Shown piece after piece: positions 11,996 to 21,854 of a stretch of DNA of 64,000 nucleotides. Position numbers and translations under genes: made by a program. The stretch is from Microthyrium microscopicum (taxonomy: Eukaryota). Numbering within the stretch: the first letter of the stretch is position 1; every line of letters starts with the position of its first letter. A model generated the notes under the pieces. It had not been told where the DNA came from. It did not search any database and worked only from the letters and a program-made list of their open reading frames with translations. The stretch spans positions 2,266,627 through 2,330,626 of the forward strand of contig MU004230.1 of the NCBI GenBank assembly GCA_010405405.1. Reading direction: 5' to 3'.

Positions 11996-14426
11996 TTATG
12001 TTGGCTTATACTTGCAAGTTTTGGTCGCATGATTACGGGCGTCCCAGGATTTTTTGAAGGTCGTTTCGCAACCTCTAGAGGCGTTTGGACAGGGAGTTCG
12101 TGCTGCTTTCTTCGGATTGAAATCGCATGTACGTTCGTGTTCGTGTATGCCGTTTTTTCCCGACTAACGTTGCACCCTTTCTGTTTGAAACTACACTCGA
12201 ACTGGGGGGGTTTGGGGCCCTTTGGGCATCTTAGTCGATGAGTGGCTAATCTAGACGTACTCTCAAAGGAGCCGCCACACTGAAGTGGGCAAGGTATGCC
12301 AACTTGAGGCCGATGTGGGCACTCAAATGTCTGGTGGTGATATCGTACTTGTTTCTCGAAGAACTTTCTATCGCATTTGACCCATTTGCAAGCTAAGTGA
12401 CCCTCTGTCACTTCTGGGTTTTTCTCGCAGATTGCTTCGTGAAGAGTTAGTGAACCCCTGCCAGTCGCCGCAAATGGTCTGTCGCAATACCGGCACTTGT
12501 TGAACTTGGCTGGCAGCTTGGTGGGATTTAGTGGACAAATCTTTTCGTGGTCTTCCCGAACTCTTCGGTCAACTAGTTTTTTCCCGCAGTAATTGCAGTT
12601 CCGGCCGGGATCAGTATGTTTGGCACTATGCTGCTGAAGGGCTTCGTCACTATCGCCTGTCCAGCGACACTGATCGCATTTGAAAGGTCGAGGTACGCAA
12701 TGATGTGTGCGTATATTTGGATCATTATGGTGGAAGGACTGTCCGCAACCATTTGGGCAAAGAATTGCCCCATGTCCTTTATGATAACGTTGAAAATGTT
12801 GTCGCAATAAGTCTTGTGAGGTCTCGTGGTGGCCACATAAACGACAAGTAAGTTTCCGATCTGCCCAGTAGCTAGGAGGCATTGCAATTGGCAGAGAACG
12901 ATTGAGGCCTGTTACTGTGATTTCTGGCATATCAAGAGGACGGTAGCCAAGTGCAAATTCGCGTTGAAGACGATATGGCCGAGGGTGAGTTTGGAAACCC
13001 CTTAATAATACAATGATTAGCGACTCATACAACTCAAGCCACTCTGGTTCATCCTGATGGCGGTCGATTTCGATGATCGAGAACTGTGGAGAGATTCCAG
13101 CCTTGGCAAACTCTTTGTGACAGTAAAGAGTATTTGCGGAATTTGGATGGCGGCGTTCCGTTTCTATTAGTCGCTGATGGTTATCGTCACGTACGAGGGA
13201 CTGTCCTGTAGAACCAGTGTAGTTTGCGCCTTGAAGAGATTCCTTGGATTTGCCATGAAGGCCATAGACGCATCGGAAGGAGATATCCCTTGGGGCAGGA
13301 TCCAGATACTGATCAAAATGTTCGATCGTGATGATTTCCTCCGTTTCCCTGCCGAGAACCTCGATAAAACGGCCGAGACCTTCGACGGCCCATTGCGCGA
13401 GTATACCTGGGGCATGAGTGCCAAGGAGTCCGTCAAACCGCGCTTGTATACGATTTGGCTGTTTTAGGTCCTATTCAATAGTTAGCGAAAAGCGTTTGAA
13501 GCAGTCATTAGTATGAGAGCACTAACCTCTTGCATTCGGACTATTGTATAAAAGAACCTGTTGTAAGCTCGACGCTCCGGTGTGTCGCCGCGGGTAGCTT
13601 TACGAGTAGTAAATCCCGTCACCCATCTCGTTAGTCGCTGCCATCGCTGGTCTTGGCCGTTGATGGAAATCTGGAGTTCCGTTGTTGACAGTGGTGCATG
13701 ATTAGATGGGTCCTCCAACTTGATTTGCTCTCCTGACGGCTCTTGAGAAAGATCTATGCCACATGGAACTTGCTCCAAATAGTCTTCTATCTCTTTATCT
13801 GACCCCTCACTTGTGCCACAAGAATCGCTTTCAGAACCAGACTCGGACTGCTCATATTCAAAACCAGATAAATCTGCACAAGCTGGTGGTATACGGAGCT
13901 GGGGTCTATTGCGGGAAGAAGGTTCGTCAAGGCGGGAAGAAGGTTCGTCGACGCGGGAAGAAGGTCCGTCAAGGCGGGAAGAAGGTTCGTCGACGCGGGA
14001 AGAAGGTCCGTCAAGGCGGCAAGAAGGTCCGTCAAGGCGGGAGATTCTACAAACTTCGGCAAGTTCAATCGGGTCGAAGTCGTCGTCGTTGCATTCTTCC
14101 TTGATACGGAGTGGGTTGTGTTGCCTACCACCCGCACCCGCACCCAATTTGATACTGAACGATTTCAAAGTGTTGGGGACAAGGGATGTCTGAGTAAGCT
14201 GGCTGAGGGGAGTGAAGCTGGCATCTGTCTCAATCAAATCGTCATCATCTTGAAGCGTCGTATTTGTTGACGTGGGAAAGCCTGAGAGCTTGAGAGCATT
14301 GGAAGTGTCGCTAATTGAGAAGCCCTTGTTATCGACACGCTTAGCCTGCTTGTTGGATGCTACATTGAACGCTGCTATGATGGTTTGTTGGTAGCCAAGA
14401 CGGGGAGTAGGAACATTAGGCGTTGA
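11996..14426 (-). CDS. GIY-YIG nuclease domain fused to ~9 C2H2/C2HC zinc fingers. The 5' end is unresolved and there is a frameshift near the 3' end, so it may be an incipient pseudogene.
   Basis: Intron 13471-13526 (GTTAGT...GCTAAC...TAG) joins ORF 13482..14237 in frame to an exon reading RCVYGL...NYTGST...VRDDNH...LYESLII...GLNR, which runs into ORF 11932..13032 with tandem zinc fingers. Two more fingers follow a frameshift at 12153-12158. First in-frame ATG is at 13535. Confidence 0.75.
13915..14040. repeat. Six 21-bp tandem repeats (minus-strand SRLDGPS/SRVDEPS)
   Basis: gaagaagg(t/c)cgtc(aag/gac)gcgg-type unit repeated six times. Confidence 0.92.
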
Positions 14427-14431
14427 CTAGT

Positions 14432-14585
14432 CTTGTTGACTTTGTTGAATTTGTTGACTTTGTTGAATTTGTTGACTTTGTTGAATTTGTTGAATTTGTT
14501 GACTTTGTTGGATTTGTTGACTGGGCTGATGTTGCTGACTGGGCTGATGTTGTTGACTTGGCTGATGTTGTTGACTTTGTTGGTG
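14432..14585. repeat. 9/18-bp minisatellite (minus-strand Gln-rich QQSQQI/QQHQPS)
   Basis: ttgttgact, ttgttgaat and gggctgatgttg units. Confidence 0.9.
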
Positions 14586-14768
14586 TATATGGCTGGGTTA
14601 TTTGCAAGTGAAGTTGTACTGGCAGTATATAATATAGGACTGGTGCCTACATGCAACGGCATGGCAAAATAAATGACTTTCTCCCATGAACTCTGATGGC
14701 TGCCACCAACGCTCTTAAGCAAAAGGTGCTATATCTCCCATTCTATTCGATAAATTATTTGATTCCGA

Positions 14769-15380
14769 ACAACCTCTATGGCAAATAGAGCACTCGATAG
14801 AAGAGTGTAGCATCTAGGAGCCAACGAGGTTGATGGGAGCGCGCCAGTTATTTTGCCGACCTGTTGGCATGCTCGCAATAATGATTTTTGAACTGCTCTC
14901 GGACAGTTTTGTTCTTGTTTTGGTCACAGACTTTCTCTCATGACCACTTCGAGAGCGTGTACCAGCGAGCTTTTTGCCGCAATATTTACGAATAAGATTG
15001 GATCCGTCGTGTATGCGATGATGATGCTGAAGGTCTTCGTCGGTTTCGAATGTCCGGCGACACTTATTACATGTGAATGGTCAGGGTTTGCAATGCTGAT
15101 GGCTCGATCAATGATATAGACGACAGGGTGAATGACCCTCCGTATCCTTGGGGCATAGAACGATTTAAACCCTTCCACATCGACTTCTGGTATGTTGTAA
15201 TGGGGGCAGTATTATCAGGCGGCCTCGCATTGAGGACGAAAGCTTTAGACTTCAAAAGTTCACTCGGTGAGTTCACAGCGGACGACGCCTTAAGATCTGC
15301 GCCTTCCCCTTTCTCTACTTGGTAGTATAGCGTGGGAGGGCGTTCGGGGGAAATGATGCTGTGAGATTTCATAGTGGTAA
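14769..15380 (-). pseudogene. Decayed tandem paralog of the GIY-YIG/zinc-finger gene
   Basis: Colinear fragments: TLYY, FVLNARPPD...KGLNRSMP, HQHCKP*PFTCNKCRRTFETDEDLQHHHRIH...KYCGKKLAGTRSRSGHE and IECSICHRGC. They are interrupted by stops, frameshifts and deletions. Confidence 0.75.
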
Positions 15381-15404
15381 TATTTAGATGGAAAGTTCTC
15401 CAGA

Positions 15405-16187
15405 CTAACAATCAAAGTTGAGGTCCTTCTCTTCGAAGCCAAGGTCCAGAAACTCCTCCATGAAAGGAAACTTGGCTAGATTCCCTTCCAACATGAAATG
15501 CAGCCCTCGTTCGTCGTTGTCAGGATACAGCTGTAGCTCCAACCCCCATCCAGCCTCGCAGTTCAAATGGAAATTCCATTCGTCCATGTCGTCATCCAGA
15601 GCTTTGTAGTCGGGCTCTAGCGTCTGCTCATCAATGTCGCTCACCCGTTTTGGGAAGACGTTGATCTCATACTGATCATCATCCATTTTCTCGACGCAGT
15701 CGCGCATGAATGCAATAGACTTCTTCATAGGCCGTTTCCAGTCGATTCGTTGATAGCCATAGATTTCATCCGGACGCTCGTAATCCTCATCGTCGGAATC
15801 TAACTCGGCTTCATCGTCAGAGACGTCATCATCATCCACAACCGTGTCGATCCAATAGGTGATCTTGCCATGAACATGATGGTGGTACTCTTTAGGAATG
15901 CGTTTGAGGAAGTCGGTGTATTCGGAAGGAGCATCAAACTGGAAGCGAGCGTCGTTGGGAAGGATTGTTGTGAACCATAAGGAGCGTGACTCCTCACGGA
16001 TTTGCTTGTTTATGAGAAAGAGGGTGCAGGGCATGAACTCTTCAAGACCGGCCCCTCTATGACCCCAGGGATTGTCGTTGCAGACGACGTTGACCCAGTA
16101 TCTACTATTCCAGAGCTCGTGAGTACGGAAGTATTCGCCGTAGATTTTGTTTCGAATCTCGCCTGGGAGATCAAGGAATTGAACCAT
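15405..16187 (-). CDS. Intronless F-box-like protein, acidic
   Basis: N-terminal FLDLPGEIRNKIY and later LFLINKQIREES, typical of fungal F-box-like proteins. Central Asp/Glu tract. Confidence 0.75.
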   Translation of the reverse strand: MVQFLDLPGEIRNKIYGEYFRTHELWNSRYWVNVVCNDNPWGHRGAGLEEFMPCTLFLINKQIREESRSLWFTTILPNDARFQFDAPSEYTDFLKRIPKEYHHHVHGKITYWIDTVVDDDDVSDDEAELDSDDEDYERPDEIYGYQRIDWKRPMKKSIAFMRDCVEKMDDDQYEINVFPKRVSDIDEQTLEPDYKALDDDMDEWNFHLNCEAGWGLELQLYPDNDERGLHFMLEGNLAKFPFMEEFLDLGFEEKDLNFDC

Positions 16188-17344
16188 CGTGAGTGTAGTA
16201 GTGTGAAAGGATTGGAATCGTCAAAGAAGTTGTTTTGGAAAAATCTAAGGTGGCAACGCGAGGAGGATATTTATCTTCATCTTGTTTTCGTGACCGGTCT
16301 CTGGATTTGTTGACAAACATTAAAGTGGGGGCTTCACCTCCTTGTTGGGGGCCAAATGCAGTTGATGTTTCGGTGGTTACTTTGGCCGGTCCACAGCCAC
16401 TCCCTCAGAGTCAAGGTCGAGATTCTCCAGCACGTCGTAGAAGTATCTTTCTTCGCATGGCGACCATCGATTATGGTGGCCCAATGTTATTCCTCTGGGG
16501 CTTTGTCCTTCTGAATTTCTGATCCTCGCACTGACTTGGGCTGATGGAACACATGCCTGGGATTCAGTATAGGCGCTTGCACCACTGGTCGTCGGTGTCA
16601 TACTGTCCATTTCCTGGGGTTCCCACGAAAATTCCATGTCGAAAGTGCCCTCCGTACGGCGAGCTGTGATCCCTTGGAAGCGTCTGTGCCAGCGTAACGT
16701 CGCATTGATCTTTACGAACTTCGCCAGCGATATGGACATGTTTGCAAGTAATCTCTCGCCACGGCGGTCTCTTCCTACGATCTTGCTTGGAAACATCACC
16801 ACTATAGTCGGCATCAAAGTGCTGGTATGGGCCGTCAACGGCGCGAAATTTAACGTGGTGTACGGGATGATGGCATTGACGGGTCATGGCATTGGTATTC
16901 GTCTGAATCCAAGATCTCGTCACGGTCTCGCGTAGTTTCCGTCCCAAACAGCCTCCATCCAGCTTCTTGTCGCTTATGCGGGAGAAGAGATTTAGAGACA
17001 ACACGAATCGTGCATGGTAATAGAGCAGATGCTACCTGTTACGACATGAAGTTTGGTGGGTGTATAATACTGATGTAGAGTTGCTTGAAGCCATGACCGG
17101 TCTCTCTTAAAATTGGGTTCTTTCCTGGACAGCAAGCAAGACTTATTGACAGAATTGAAATAATTCGTCAACAGAATTCGAAAATGGTTGACATCGCAAG
17201 TCCTAACAGGTAGGATAGAAGACCTTAAGGGCCGTCAATCGGCTTAGAACTTACTCTATGGAGTAGCGTCAGATTTTTTATTTTAAGCACAACACCATGT
17301 AAACTTACAATAACGAAGAATTAATACCAAGTTCTGGAGTCCTA

Positions 17345-18062
17345 TTCTCGTTTGCAAGATCCTGTGGACTGCTGCAGAGTCTTGGCAAAAATAAAAACCA
17401 TCAACTTGAAATCTGCTAAAAGCTAGTTCTTAACGTTTATGCCTACTACTATGCCAAAATATAAGATAACTAATTTCTGATTAAAGAATAAGCTATTGGG
17501 GCCCTTCCTCTATAGTTTATAGCTTTAAAATACTTATTTATAACCTTTCTTAGTAGAATAAATTAAGCTAGAAGTTACCTATGGTTTTTTAGGTCTTTCT
17601 GGCGAAGTCTTGGCAAACTAAAAGCGAAATTAGAAAGAAGAAGTATAGGTAACTTCTAGCCCAATTTACTCTACCAACGAAGGTCGTAAATAAATATTTT
17701 AAAGCTATAACATATAGAGGAAGGGCCCTAATAGCTTATTCTTTAATTAGAATTTGATTTGCCTCTAAGACCGCTTAATAAGAAGTCTTTAAAGTAAAGT
17801 CAAGATAGCTAAAGATAGCTAACTTTAACTTAATACTGTCTTACTAAAACATAGAATAACTAAATTCTAACTTTAGATTAAGCTATTGGGGCCCTTCCTC
17901 TATCTATTATAGTTTTGAAAAACTTATTTGCGACCTTTATTGGTAGAGTAAATTAGGCTAGAAGTTACCTATAGTTAGTCCTTAAGCACTTGAAAGTGTG
18001 ATTTTGGGTTTTATTTTTTTGCCAAGACTCTGCAGCAGTCCACAGGATCTTGCAAACGAGAA
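17345..18062. mobile_element. Non-autonomous TIR element (MITE/foldback-like), 718 bp, flanked by TA
   Basis: Perfect 47-bp TIRs (17345-17391 and 18016-18062: TTCTCGTTTGCAAGATCCTGTGGACTGCTGCAGAGTCTTGGCAAAAA), TA on both sides, AT-rich interior with internal repeats. Confidence 0.88.
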
Positions 18063-18286
18063 TACGAACACCAATTGAAACACAATTAATGGATTAAGTT
18101 AAATTGGAGAGTAAGCTGAAACCAAGAGACCAAAGCTGTTGCTCAAAGATCGATCACCAGGGGCGATGCTCTCTATGACGGTTCCTACACGTCACCATTC
18201 TGCAACATCGTCGCCTTTCACAACAAAGACCATAAATTATATTCAAACCCCATCGACTTCCATCTCGGAAAACAAAACTCGATTAA

Positions 18287-19117
18287 ATGACCACTGCAAC
18301 AATCTCTATGCTACTTCGCAGACCAGCATCAAATCTCTTAGCCTTCAGTCTTCTGTCTACAAGACCCGCATCAACAATTCAAGTCAGAGCAATGTCTGAT
18401 AATCAAGGTCGACCAGCAGAAATCAAGACTTCTCCCGGTGTCCAGCTCACCAGTCAGCAAAACAACGTTGTCGGCAATGTTCTCCAGTTGTTCGCAGGAT
18501 ATGCAACAAAGAATGACTTGGGATTATGGACAGACGATGCAGTGTTTGAGGATCCGATAGCCCTTGCTGAAGGCAGACAGCAGTATGAGGCTCAATGGGT
18601 ATGACAACACTTTTTGTGCGACTTCAAGGCTAACAATTGCTCTCAAGTATGGTCTCAAAGCTGCTTTCTCCGAGATTGAGCGCAAACATTTCCAAGTGAT
18701 CGATTCCGGCAATCCTATCAAAATGGAATTGGAGACTCGTTATGTGGTCAAGGGAATCGGCAAAGAGCAGCTCATCAAATCTGTGGTGGAGATCCACACA
18801 ACACCCGACGGATCGAAGATTACTAAAGTCGCAGACAAGTGGGATGGAAAGCTTCCAGATAGTAGCATAAAAAACGTAAGCAATCCTCTTCAACTCCTAA
18901 GCATCTTTTGGTGGGTTCACTACTGGGAATCCTGGCTATGGTGGCTTTGGAGTTTTATCTGGTGGACTCGGCCATGGAGAGTGTGTCCATGAGGTTTTCC
19001 TTCCTTCGAATATAGCTGACATGACCAAAGGCCTTCCGTCGACTCAATGCCAAAACCATGCCGCATGTTGTTAGTGTTCCCAAGGACTCCGTGGAAGAGC
19101 AGAAAAAAGAGCTATGA
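18287..19117 (+). CDS. SnoaL/NTF2-like fold protein, possible mitochondrial presequence, alternative ATG at 18392
   Basis: LWTDDAVFEDP...AQW, intron 18599-18647, YGLKAAF...KITKVADKWDG, intron 18876-19030, AFRRLNAKT...EL*. Confidence 0.75.
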
Positions 19118-19190
19118 GCAATTGGAGACAACAGGCCTATTGTTGCTTCCGAGATCCTTTCCTGCCCATTATTTGTATAGTAACAAATTA

Positions 19191-19709
19191 TCATGAACTT
19201 TCCCTATGACCTGCTGTAGCGACCTTCAAGATCTCATCTTCCAACCCAGTGACATATATCACATCAACACCTCCATCTGCCAGTGCTTTGCGACCTTTGT
19301 TCTCTCCCACGAACGTCTCTGGTTCTTTGACACCGCACACGACAGACTTAATTCCATGGTATCCATTGGAGCTAGTCTGTAGCACACGTTGCACACATGG
19401 TAGATTCCCGCTGAGGCGGACAAAACAGGGCTCCATTGTGGTGTAGAGAACGGCATGCTCTGGGATGATTTTGCCTACTTCCTCTTCAGATAAGTTGTGT
19501 TCTTGTGCCAATTTGCTGAGACAGCATTGTTCAGCATGTGTGTTTCCAGGGAGCTCCAAGGTGTAGCCAGTCGATAGCACTTTGTCATTGACAGTGTCTA
19601 GCAGGAGTGCACCAACGCAAAAGTTAGTAGGTTTTGGAGGCGACTTCTTCGCCAGCTCCAGTGCTTCTGACAGGTAGCGAAGATGCTTATTTGTGGTGTC
19701 ATCGTCCAT
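19191..19709 (-). CDS. Cytidine/deoxycytidylate deaminase-family protein (RIB2/DRAP deaminase-like)
   Basis: TGYTLELPGNTHAEQC (HAE) and LYTTMEPCFVRLSGNLPC zinc-binding motifs. Confidence 0.85.
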   Translation of the reverse strand: MDDDTTNKHLRYLSEALELAKKSPPKPTNFCVGALLLDTVNDKVLSTGYTLELPGNTHAEQCCLSKLAQEHNLSEEEVGKIIPEHAVLYTTMEPCFVRLSGNLPCVQRVLQTSSNGYHGIKSVVCGVKEPETFVGENKGRKALADGGVDVIYVTGLEDEILKVATAGHRESS

Positions 19710-20115
19710 TGCGAAAGTGAGACCACTGGATGATGTGCTGAAGGTGGAAAGGTGGAAGTTTGAAATGATTGTGAAAAGATATACCGCAGAGAATCCTGGA
19801 GATGTAACTTTAAAGGCCTGAATGGGTTAGCGGGCAAAAAGGACCCATGATCCTTGTCAGGGCTAGCTCACGATCTGAGCTTCTAGATGACTGGACGCGA
19901 CTTTGACGCATCTTTCACGCGTCGCTCTCATCTTCGACGCCTCTTAATTCTTAACCAACCCAGACACTTACCGAGGCCTGTTGTGACAACAACTCAACAC
20001 ATCATCCTACTTACACATTGCTTTGTTTATCACGTCTGCCTGGACAGTCACCCTTAAAACCTCCCTGTTGGCATTGAGCCTCCGTCCATCTTCCTCTCAT
20101 CCTTTCAACAACATC

Positions 20116-21127
20116 ATGTCTGCTACCGAAGAACTCTCAGATGAGCCTCCAACTTCCATCAATCCATATCGAGTACTAGACCTCGAGAAGGATGCGACCG
20201 CTGACCAAATCAAATCCGCCTATCGGAAGGCTGCGCTGAAGAATCATCCAGGTTAGTTTTGTCGCATCGTAGCCCGACTCCTTGAGCGCTAACATTCCCC
20301 AAGACAAGGTCGCTGAGTCCGAAAAGGATGAAGCTCATACAAAGTTTCAAGAGATCGCCTTCGCATATGCTATCCTTTCCGATCCTCGACGACGCTCACG
20401 TTACGATACAACTGGTCGCACTACTGAATCCCTCTCCGTAGAAGATGACGATTTCAACTGGTCAGACTTCTTCCGTGCCCAATTCAAAGAGGTCATCACA
20501 ACAGAAGCGATTGAACAGTTCAAGAAGGAGTATCAAGGCAGCGAGGAGGAAAAGCTCGCAGTCATTGAGGCGTATGTCAATGGTGAAGGCGATATGGATG
20601 CTCTCTTTGAGCATGTCATGCTGAGCAACCCTCTAGAAGACGAGGATCGCTTCCGAGCCATCATCGACAACGAGATTGAGGAGAAGCGGGTTGAAGCATA
20701 TGATGCGTATACCAAAGAGACCAAGAAACAGAAGAATCAACGACAGAAGGCGGCACGGAAGGAAGCGAAGGAAGCAGAAGAGATGGCCAAAGAACTTGGC
20801 GTCGCCGACAAATTACATGCGTCCAATGGCAAGAAGAAAGCTTCCAAATCGACCAAGAGTGCCGAAGCCGACGAGCCAGATCTTGGTGGACTTACAGCTC
20901 TTATTCAAAACCGCCAGAAAGAACGAAAAGAACAGGCTACAAATTTCCTTGCAGACTTAGAAGCCAAGTTTGCACCAAAGAAGGGAAAGCGTCCAGCTGA
21001 GGATGAGCCACCAGAGGAGATGTTTCGAGAAGCAGAGGAACGGCAGAAGCGGAGAAAGGGACAGGCAGCTGCTGGAGCAGAGCGTCCTATTGCTTCGCCG
21101 CGCAAGTCACGGCGTACGAAGAAATGA
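20116..21127 (+). CDS. DnaJ-domain protein (DNAJC9-like)
   Basis: NPYRVLDL...IKSAYRKAALKNHP|DK, with the HPD motif formed across intron 20252-20303. Also KFQEIAFAYAILSD and YQGSEEEK. Confidence 0.9.
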
Positions 21128-21854
21128 TCATCATGATACCAAAGCATTGTTTGAGAGTCGACGGGTAGACTCGGTTGAAATTGTAGTCAATTATATGAAT
21201 TCACGATGGCCACGAGAATGAAACTGTTTTGATAGGAATAACCATCCAACATTCTGCATTGCGATTGATAGTGTAATATTGATCAATGGTGTCTACGTAG
21301 TACGCAGTATGGTTAGTTTGTGTTCCTGCATGGTGGTTGCATGGGGTTGTTCTTGGTGGGATTTGAAAAGCCGCATGTCAAGCACATGGTGGTGGAGAAT
21401 CCCTGCCTTCTACTTTATCCAACTCTCTTTGGAACTTTTACTCTTCAACCTCAACCTCAAGTCTTTCTTTTCTCTTCTCGACATAAGAGAGTTATTTCCC
21501 AAGCTACTCTGACCATGAAAACAGCCTAGGATAATCCTGCCGAGCTGTCGACAGTTCTAGCTGTCTTTTGTCGTCGGTCCCTTCCAGCACGAATGCTGAC
21601 CGGTCACCAGTCATTGACTTACCTCTGAAGAACATCCATGGGCATTGCTTTTCTACTACATACTCACCTTCAGAGTAATCTGGCATTCCAGTTTTCTTTT
21701 TCCTTCTGCGGTACCCAGCACGTTCTCTGTTTTCCATGCGACTTGATCTGCCTCCGATCTAAGGAACATTAATCGCCTCGCTGCTACAGCCTAGAGAACA
21801 GCATGTCCGGGCCCGCTCTTAGGAATTCAGTCAGCGCAATATAACCACTGAACC

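Noticed and set aside
12150..12162. Programmed -1 ribosomal frameshift at GGGAAAAAAC
   Set aside because: The heptamer is not in the correct phase relative to the incoming frame. An indel is the simpler explanation.
13915..14040. Regular 21-bp repeats superficially like a CRISPR array
   Set aside because: Head-to-tail with no spacers, in-frame coding repeat, eukaryotic DNA.
16377..17004. Two overlapping minus-strand ORFs upstream of the F-box gene
   Set aside because: Coding-like composition but no recognisable domain or good start, so at most an unassignable relic.
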